Source: Acidimicrobiales bacterium
Lineage (GTDB): Bacteria > Actinomycetota > Acidimicrobiia > Acidimicrobiales > VFJN01
Direction of reading: 5' to 3'
DNA length: 64,000 nt
Assembly: GCA_036563805.1 (NCBI GenBank)
Contig: DATCLS010000058.1
Span: 25,911 to 89,910, forward strand
In this document: one piece after another, positions 27,945 through 33,279 of the stretch
Position numbering within the stretch: the stretch's first letter is position 1
How the letters are laid out: every line of letters starts with the position of its first letter
The notes under the pieces: model-generated
Told to the model about the DNA's origin: nothing
Database searches by the model: none
What the model saw: only the letters and a program-made list of their open reading frames with translations
Position numbers and translations under genes: made by a program

Positions 27945-28397
27945 ATGAGTGACCACCAGCCCGTGGGCCTGTCGACGAGCGGCCCGCCCGAGACCGTCCT
28001 CGACCCCGAGCCCGCCGAGGCGATCGCCGCCCTCGAGGCCGCGGTCGCCAAGACCGACGACGCCGAGCGGCGGGCGGCCGTCGCCGACGTCGTGGCCCGC
28101 TGGCCCCGCTTCCTCGAGGCGTGGGCGGTGCTCGGCGACCTGGGCCGCGACGCCATCGAGCGGTACGCCTACCATCGGGTGGGCTACCACCGGGGCCTCG
28201 ACAAGCTCCGGGCCAGCGGCTGGCGGGGATCGGGCTACGTGCGCTGGCGGCACCCGGAGAACCGGGGCTTCCTGCACGCGCTCGACGGCCTGCGGGCCGA
28301 CGCCGCCGCCATCGGCGAGGAGGACGAGGCCGAGCGGTGCGCCCAGTTCCTGCGGCAGCTCGACCCCGACTGGCCACCGCTCGAGCGCTCGTCCTGA
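27945..28397 (+). CDS. DUF3151 family protein
   Basis: YAYHRVGYHRGLDKLRASGWRGSGYVRWRHPENRGFLHAL matches the conserved actinobacterial DUF3151 pattern. CAGACT, 7 nt, ATG. Confidence 0.8.
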   Translation: MSDHQPVGLSTSGPPETVLDPEPAEAIAALEAAVAKTDDAERRAAVADVVARWPRFLEAWAVLGDLGRDAIERYAYHRVGYHRGLDKLRASGWRGSGYVRWRHPENRGFLHALDGLRADAAAIGEEDEAERCAQFLRQLDPDWPPLERSS

Positions 28398-28427
28398 CCG
28401 CTCATAACGAGCCCGCTGGGCGCGCCC

Positions 28428-28570
28428 GCCACGGCGCCACGCGCCGCGTCACTGACCGCGCCACTCTCGTGCCACTCACCGGCCCGATCGCCCGCCCGTC
28501 GTGCTCGTTTCCAGCGTCACCCGCCGATGTCACCCTGCTGTCACGCCGCCGTGTCACCGCACGGTGTCGG
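28428..28570. repeat. two arrays of helically phased pentamers: G(C/T)CAC x5 (28428-28475) and GTCAC(C/G) x4 plus GTCGG (28516-28569)
   Basis: Copies start at 28428, 28436, 28448, 28460, 28471 and at 28516, 28529, 28540, 28553, 28565. Spacing is mostly 11-13 bp. Confidence 0.6.
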
Positions 28571-28578
28571 CCGCCCAC

Positions 28579-28656
28579 GCCGGCCCATCGCGCCGGCCCA
28601 TCGCGCCGGCTCGTCGCGCCGGCTCGTCGGCCCGGCCGGCCGCGCCGCCGCTCGTT
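28579..28656. repeat. 13-bp tandem repeat, 2 identical + 2 near-identical + 2 degenerate units
   Basis: gccggcccatcgc x2, gccggctcgtcgc, gccggctcgtcgg, cccggccggccgc, gccgccgctcgtt. Confidence 0.7.
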
Positions 28657-28734
28657 TCGGCCGCCCGCCAACCCGTCCGCCCGTCTGACCGCCGACACGG
28701 TCAGGCGAGCCCGGACGGAGGGGCCACGGGTGGG

Positions 28735-29010
28735 TCACCCCGGTCGTGCGGGCCGTCCCGGACATTCCCGGGCGTGCCGCAGGTGCGTGAGCTGCCGGTC
28801 GGCTTCGATGATCAGCCGCTGCACCGTGCGGAGGTCGCCCTGCAGCAGCACCGCGGTGTTCTCGTCACCCATCCGCAGCGACACCGTGCCCGGGTCGGAG
28901 GCCGTGGCCTGGTCTTCCACATCGACGGTCGCCTGGCCGAGGCGGGACAACACGAGGGTGGCCCGCACCGGGCCCTTGTCCTTGAGGGGAAGGACTCTAG
29001 GATCGAGCAC
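28735..29010 (-). CDS. small hypothetical protein (91 aa), predicted four beta strands plus a C-terminal helix
   Basis: The GTG at 29010 is preceded by AAGGAGG with a 7-nt spacer, the strongest SD in the window. Sequence: VLDPRVLPLKDKGPVRATLVLSRLGQATVDVEDQ..TVSLRMGDENTAVLLQGDLRTVQRLIIEADRQL. It is the distal part of track ORF 28735..29178. Confidence 0.5.
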   Translation of the reverse strand: MLDPRVLPLKDKGPVRATLVLSRLGQATVDVEDQATASDPGTVSLRMGDENTAVLLQGDLRTVQRLIIEADRQLTHLRHARECPGRPARPG

Positions 29011-29039
29011 GTCAATGCCTCCTTGGCAGGTGTTGGCCA

Positions 29040-29070
29040 GGCCCCGGGGTGCCGACACACCGCCGGGGCC
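29040..29070. promoter_or_regulatory. GC-rich 12-bp hairpin/palindrome in the small-protein/RHH divergent region
   Basis: GGCCCCGG + GGTG, loop ccgaca, CACC + (g) + CCGGGGCC. It lies 30 nt upstream of the minus-strand SD. Confidence 0.4.
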
Positions 29071-29094
29071 ACTTTCGTTCACGTTACTTCCCAA

Positions 29095-29123
29095 ACACCC
29101 AGCGCGCCCAGTCTTCTGGGTGT
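29095..29123. promoter_or_regulatory. 8-bp inverted repeat ACACCCAG-N13-CTGGGTGT bracketing the CAGTCT hexamer (candidate RHH operator)
   Basis: Read directly from the sequence. Confidence 0.4.
29109..29114 (+). promoter_or_regulatory. -10-like hexamer upstream of mini-ORF 1 / RHH gene
   Basis: CAGTCT, 7 nt, GTG 29122. It sits inside the spacer of the 8-bp inverted repeat 29095-29102 / 29116-29123. Confidence 0.35.
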
Positions 29124-29160
29124 GATCGCCGTTTCCACCCACGGGCGCGGGTTCGCCTAA
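29122..29160 (+). CDS. candidate leaderless mini-ORF (12 codons, VIAVSTHGRGFA) ending 1 nt before the RHH start
   Basis: CAGTCT (29109-29114), 7 nt, GTG 29122. The TAA at 29158-29160 is followed by GTG at 29162. Geometry is identical to bona fide leaderless genes in the window. Confidence 0.25.
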   Translation: MIAVSTHGRGFA

Positions 29161-29161
29161 T

Positions 29162-29326
29162 GTGGTGGGTATCGTCACGCTCTACTACGACATCCCGGAA
29201 GAGTTGCATCGGCGCCTCAAGGTCGAGGCCGCGACGCGCGGCACGACGCTGAAGGCGCTCGTCATCGAGGCGCTCGAGAAGATCCTCGAAGAACCCGCCG
29301 ACAAAGACGCCAACGCCCGTCGCTGA
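29162..29326 (+). CDS. ribbon-helix-helix (CopG/Arc/ParD-like) DNA-binding protein, 54 aa, no adjacent toxin
   Basis: My own translation (below the ORF-track size cut-off): VVGIVTLYYDIPEELHRRLKVEAATRGTTLKALVIEALEKILEEPADKDANARR. This is a classic beta-strand / helix / helix RHH pattern. Confidence 0.65.
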   Translation: MVGIVTLYYDIPEELHRRLKVEAATRGTTLKALVIEALEKILEEPADKDANARR

Positions 29327-29335
29327 CCGACGGGC
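29315..29335 (+). terminator. 8-bp stem hairpin spanning the RHH stop codon
   Basis: gcccgtcg ctgac cgacgggc; no U-tract follows. Confidence 0.3.
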
Positions 29336-29632
29336 CAGACTCGATCACCACCGCCTGCTCCTCTCGTAGGGTCCGCCAACGGCTCGCACCGGAGCCACAG
29401 GGAGCGATCGGCGGTCGCCCGCCAGCGGGGGCGAGCCGCTCGATTCGGCGATCCCGGGGGAGACGACCACCACCCCGGTCCCCCCAGTATTCCACCCCTC
29501 CCACCCCCACACGCGGATACCCCCGAACACATGTCCGCCATGCCCGCCGGCGCTGCGCCCACCGTGCGCCCCGCGCCCGCCGGCCGCCCCGGCGGGTGGC
29601 GCCCCTGCCGCAGCCCGGGTCCGCCGGTCTCG

Positions 29633-29638
29633 TAGCCT
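29633..29638 (+). promoter_or_regulatory. -10-like hexamer upstream of mini-ORF 2 / 3-TM protein gene
   Basis: TAGCCT, 7 nt, GTG GCA 29646. The hexamer and spacing are the same as at 33267 and 36684. Confidence 0.4.
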
Positions 29639-29645
29639 CACGGCC

Positions 29646-29681
29646 GTGGCAACGCCCGGAGGCAACGGTTCGGCGCCATGA
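29646..29681 (+). CDS. candidate leaderless mini-ORF (11 codons, VATPGGNGSAP) overlapping the start of the 3-TM protein gene (ATGA)
   Basis: TAGCCT (29633-29638), 7 nt, GTG GCA at 29646. The TGA at 29679-29681 overlaps the ATG at 29678-29680. Confidence 0.3.
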   Translation: MATPGGNGSAP

Positions 29682-30610
29682 TGTCGGCCCTGTTCACGGC
29701 GGTCGCGGCGAGTGCGGCGGCGACCGATCCGAGCTGGCTCCTGTCGACGATGGCGGAGTCGTCGGCGGCGCTCGTCGGCATCATCGGCGGCCTCCTCGTG
29801 TCGCGGGTGGTGGCGCTGTCGGCAGAGAGGTCGGCGCTCAGCCGGCAGGAGACCGAGTTGGTCCATCGGCGGGCGCAGGTCTCGGCCGAGCTCGACGCCC
29901 GGGCGCAGGCGCTGAAGAAGGACATCGAGGAGGACTTCCGGACGCTGGCGCCCCGCACGGTCTGCAACCGCCCGGACATCACGGTCGACGGCCTGCTGCG
30001 CGAGCACCTCGACGACCGGTGGCACGGCGACGGCGACCTCCGCGCCCTGGCCGAGCGGGTGATCGACACCGTGCGCCGGGCCTACGAGCGCTGCACCGAT
30101 CCCGAGGTCCAGCCGTTCGTCGACCCCGACTCCGTGTGTGAGCTGGTCGAGGTGCCGGCGGGGGAGGAGGAGGTCTACCGGGAGGTCGCCCGCCGGGTGG
30201 CCTACGACCGGCTGGAGGCCAACGGCGCCTTCGACCGGCTGCTCGATCCCCGCTCGCTGCCGGACCTCACCCGGATCACCGAGACGTGGGAGGACATGGC
30301 CGACGCCGACCGCACCCGCCGTAGCGAGGAGCTGGCCGACGAGCTGCGGGACATCGGCATCCAGCTGGTGAGCGTCCGGGGCAGCCTGCACCGCATCGGC
30401 GACGTCCGCAGCCTGCGGCCGACGTTCATCGCCCTCGGGATCTTCGCGGTGGTCGGGATCGTGCAGCCGGTCGTGATGCTGGCCATGCGCCCGGTCCCGG
30501 CCGGCACGGCCCCCCGGGTGTGGATCGTCACCTCGTTCGCGGCGGCGCTCGTCGGCCTGCTGTTCGTCCTCTACCGCGAGATCCGGATGCTGACGAGCAA
30601 CGGGTCCTGA
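29678..30610 (+). CDS. hypothetical membrane protein (N-terminal TM, about 200-aa acidic soluble region, two C-terminal TMs)
   Basis: 310 aa with a coherent high-GC3 frame. TM candidates are AALVGIIGGLLVSRVVAL, FIALGIFAVVGIVQPVVMLAM and VWIVTSFAAALVGLLFVLY. I recognise no family. Confidence 0.65.
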   Translation: MMSALFTAVAASAAATDPSWLLSTMAESSAALVGIIGGLLVSRVVALSAERSALSRQETELVHRRAQVSAELDARAQALKKDIEEDFRTLAPRTVCNRPDITVDGLLREHLDDRWHGDGDLRALAERVIDTVRRAYERCTDPEVQPFVDPDSVCELVEVPAGEEEVYREVARRVAYDRLEANGAFDRLLDPRSLPDLTRITETWEDMADADRTRRSEELADELRDIGIQLVSVRGSLHRIGDVRSLRPTFIALGIFAVVGIVQPVVMLAMRPVPAGTAPRVWIVTSFAAALVGLLFVLYREIRMLTSNGS

Positions 30611-30661
30611 CGAGCATCGGGCAGCGACGGGAGCGGCGTCCGCCGGCGAAGCCCGCCCCCT

Positions 30662-31939
30662 TCACCCCAGCCGCGCCGCCCGGGCCAGCAGGTGCCGCCG
30701 CTCCGGCAGGCTCCGCGCCCGGCGGGCCGCGGCCCGGTAGGCGGCCCGGGCCCCGTCCCGGTCGCCGCCGACCTCCAACAGGTGCCCCCGCACCGAGTCG
30801 AGGTGGTGGGACCGGGCGAGCCGCCGGTCGCCGGCCAGCGCCTCGACCACCGCCAGGCCGGCCGCCGGCCCGTCCACCATGGCGAGCGCCACCGCCTTGT
30901 TGAGCGTCACGACCGGGCTCGGGTCGAGCGTCTCGAGCACCCGGTAGAGGGCGAGGATCTGCGGCCAGTCGGTGTCGGCCGCGGTCGGCGCCTCGTCGTG
31001 GACGGCGGCGATGGCGGCCTGCACCTGGTAGGGGCCGAGCGGCTTCGACCCCAGGGCCCCGGTCACGAGGGCGACGCCCTCGGCGATGGCGTCGGCGTCC
31101 CACCGCGAGCGGTCCTGCTCGCTGAGCGTCACGAGGGCGCCGAGCTCGCCGTCCAGCCGGGCGGGGCGCCGGGCCTCGGTGAGCAGCATCAGCGCCAGCA
31201 GCCCGGCCACTTCGCCGTCGTCGGGCACGAGCCGCAGCAGCAGCCGGGCGAGCCGGATGGCCTCGGCCGTCAGCTCGTCCCGCACCAGGTCGGCGCCGGC
31301 CGTCGCCGTGTAGCCCTCGTTGAACACCAGGTAGAGCACGTGGAGGACGACCCGCAGGCGCGCCCCCTGTTCGTCGGCCGGCGGCAGGCGGAACGTGGCG
31401 CCGGCGGCGCGGATGCGGTCCTTGGCCCGCACGATCCGCTGGGTCATCGTCGCCTCGGGCACGAGGAACGCCCGGGCGATCTCGGCGGTGGTGAGGCCGC
31501 CGACCGCCCGCAGGGTCAGCGCCACCTGGGAGGCGGGGGTGAGCGCGGGGTGGCAGCACAGGAACAGCAGGGTGAGGGTGTCGTCGCCGACCGGGCCGAG
31601 GGCGTCGGGGCCGCCGGGCTCGGACCCGGACTCCTCGGCCGGCCGGCGGGGCGCGCGGGCCTGGTCCAGCTCCTCCCGCCGCCGGCGGGCCTCGTCCCGC
31701 CGCAGCTCGTCGGCCAGCCGCCGCGCCGCCACCGTGGTCAACCAGGCCTTGGGGCTGCCGGGCCACCCGTCGCCCGGCCACTGGCGGGCGGCGGCCAGCA
31801 GCGCCTCCTGCACGGCGTCCTCGCACGCGTCGAAGTGGCCGTAGCGCCGGACGAGCGCGCCGAGCACCTCCGGCGCCAGCCGCCGCACCTGCGTCCAATC
31901 GGGATCGGTCACGGCTTCGCGGTCACGGCCCGCCGCCAT
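30662..31939 (-). CDS. ECF sigma factor with a long TPR-like C-terminal extension (ECF42-type)
   Basis: 425 aa; sigma2 (FDACEDAVQEALLAAARQW), sigma4 (LTLRAVGGLTTAEIARAFLVPEATMTQRIVRAK), then an extension of about 230 aa. Confidence 0.9.
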   Translation of the reverse strand: MAAGRDREAVTDPDWTQVRRLAPEVLGALVRRYGHFDACEDAVQEALLAAARQWPGDGWPGSPKAWLTTVAARRLADELRRDEARRRREELDQARAPRRPAEESGSEPGGPDALGPVGDDTLTLLFLCCHPALTPASQVALTLRAVGGLTTAEIARAFLVPEATMTQRIVRAKDRIRAAGATFRLPPADEQGARLRVVLHVLYLVFNEGYTATAGADLVRDELTAEAIRLARLLLRLVPDDGEVAGLLALMLLTEARRPARLDGELGALVTLSEQDRSRWDADAIAEGVALVTGALGSKPLGPYQVQAAIAAVHDEAPTAADTDWPQILALYRVLETLDPSPVVTLNKAVALAMVDGPAAGLAVVEALAGDRRLARSHHLDSVRGHLLEVGGDRDGARAAYRAAARRARSLPERRHLLARAARLG

Positions 31940-31966
31940 GGCCGGGCGCCGGGACGATCACCGCCG

Positions 31967-32323
31967 TCACAGCTGGGTCTCGGCCTCGTGCACCAGCGCC
32001 CGGACCTCGACCCCGGTGTAGCGCGACGCCGGGTTCAGGGCGGCGATCTCCAGCGCCCGCTCCTCGCTGTCGCAGTCGACGATCGTGAAGCTGCCCAGGA
32101 ACTCCTTGGCCTCGGCGTAGGGGCCGTCGGTGACCGCCGGCGGGCCGTCGGCCGCCCGCACGACCTTGGCGTCGTCGGCCACGCCGTAGGCGCCGACGAG
32201 CTCGCCCGACTCGAGCAGCGCCCGGTTCAGGGCGTCGGTCTCCCGGATCACGGCAGCCAGCTCGTCGGCGCCGAGCGACTCCCACCGCTCCTGGTCGCCG
32301 TAGATCAGCAGCATGTACTTCAC
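31967..32323 (-). CDS. YCII-related (DGPF) domain protein
   Basis: VKYMLLIYGDQERWESL... SD GGAGAGGAG upstream of the GTG. The stop is 27 nt upstream of the sigma gene start. Confidence 0.85.
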   Translation of the reverse strand: MKYMLLIYGDQERWESLGADELAAVIRETDALNRALLESGELVGAYGVADDAKVVRAADGPPAVTDGPYAEAKEFLGSFTIVDCDSEERALEIAALNPASRYTGVEVRALVHEAETQL

Positions 32324-32379
32324 GGTCTCGCTCCTCTCCGAGCGTCTCTGCGGGCGTCTCCCCGAGCCTCCACGAGCCC

Positions 32380-33138
32380 CTACGGGGCGGCTGCGCCTCG
32401 GGCCTCGCGCTCGGCCACGGCCGCGAAGCGGTCGTCGTCCAGCTGGAGCCTGGCACGCCCGGCCACCGTGTACCGGACGTGGAGGACGTCGGGCGTCTCC
32501 ACGACCCGGGTCGGGGTGAGCTCGATGCCCTCGTCCGGCCCGAGGCCGAGGCCGGCGTCGAGCAGCCGCAGCCCGTCCCCGAGGATCACCGGGGCGACGT
32601 GCAGCTCCAGCTCGTCGAGCAGGCCCGCCCGCAGGACCTGGCGCACCACGGTCCCCCCGCCGGCGACGGCGACGTCCTTGCCGGCGGCGCCGGCCGCCTC
32701 CCGGGCCAGCGCGACGGCCCGCTCGACGCCGTCGGTCACGAACGTGAACGACGTGCCGCCGTCCTTCACCAGCGTCTGGCGGGGCCGGTGGGTGACCACG
32801 AACACCGGTGCCCGGAACGGCGGGGTGTCGCCCCACGGGCCCTCACCGCCGTCGAACATGCGCCGGCCCATCACGTAGGCGCCGGCGGCGGCGAACGTCT
32901 CCTCGATGATCGAGCTGTTGGCCGACCGCTCGCCCCCGCCCAGGCCCAGGCGCTCCCGCCAGGCCATGGCGTCCACCGCCCAGCGGGTGATGCGGAAGAA
33001 CCCGAGCGCCTCGGGGCTGTCGGCCCAGCCCGCCCCGCCCTCCGGGCCCGCCGCGTCCCGGGGGTGCCGCGGCCCGGCGTAGAACCCGTCCAGCGACACC
33101 GACATCTGCGCCGTCACCTTCGTCATCTCTCCGGTCAC
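32380..33138 (-). CDS. dihydrofolate reductase family protein (RibD C-terminal domain)
   Basis: MSVSLDGFYAGP.., VFVVTHRP.., LLDELELHVAPVILGDG. SD AGGAGG, 6 nt, GTG. Confidence 0.85.
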   Translation of the reverse strand: MTGEMTKVTAQMSVSLDGFYAGPRHPRDAAGPEGGAGWADSPEALGFFRITRWAVDAMAWRERLGLGGGERSANSSIIEETFAAAGAYVMGRRMFDGGEGPWGDTPPFRAPVFVVTHRPRQTLVKDGGTSFTFVTDGVERAVALAREAAGAAGKDVAVAGGGTVVRQVLRAGLLDELELHVAPVILGDGLRLLDAGLGLGPDEGIELTPTRVVETPDVLHVRYTVAGRARLQLDDDRFAAVAEREARGAAAP

Positions 33139-33266
33139 CTCCGACCTCCTGTCGTCCGGTCACCGCGGCCCGACCGGCCGCGTCACCCCTCAGTCGGAGC
33201 CGACCGCCCGATCCCGACACGCGCCCTGGGAACCTCGCGGTGCGCCGGCCCGGCGGGCGGGTCCCG

Positions 33267-33272
33267 TAGCCT
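33267..33272 (+). promoter_or_regulatory. -10-like hexamer (flavin reductase)
   Basis: TAGCCT, 7 nt, ATG GCA 33280. Confidence 0.55.
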
Positions 33273-33279
33273 CACGCGC

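Noticed and set aside
28579-28656. I considered the tandem repeat region as a possible CRISPR array.
   Set aside because: The units are 13 bp and directly abutting with no unique spacers. There are no cas genes in the window. It is a simple tandem repeat.
28402-28765. Minus-strand ORFs 28402..28698 and 28541..28765 covering the repeat region.
   Set aside because: The translations are Arg-rich repeats generated by the tandem and phased DNA repeats. There are no start signals, and they overlap each other.
29437-29460. A T-loop-like string (gctcgattcggcgatcc), which prompted a tRNA/tmRNA check of the spacer. I also scanned the other intergenic gaps by eye for GGTTCGA-type motifs.
   Set aside because: I could not build an acceptor stem or cloverleaf around it. 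No convincing tRNA-like structure turned up in any gap. A tRNAscan or Infernal run would be the definitive check.
29185-29562. Minus-strand ORFs 29185..29562 and 29262..29510, considered as possible toxin partners of the RHH gene.
   Set aside because: They are antisense to the RHH coding sequence and have Gly/Arg-rich low-complexity translations. They show no resemblance to PIN, RelE/ParE, Doc or HicA folds that I can see.
29531-29635. A 34-codon ORF (MSAMPAGAAPTVRPAPAGRPGGWRPCRSPGPPVS) in the untranslated spacer.
   Set aside because: It is low-complexity Ala/Pro/Arg/Gly sequence with no SD or leaderless hexamer. It ends at the TAG that forms part of the TAGCCT box. It is most likely not translated.
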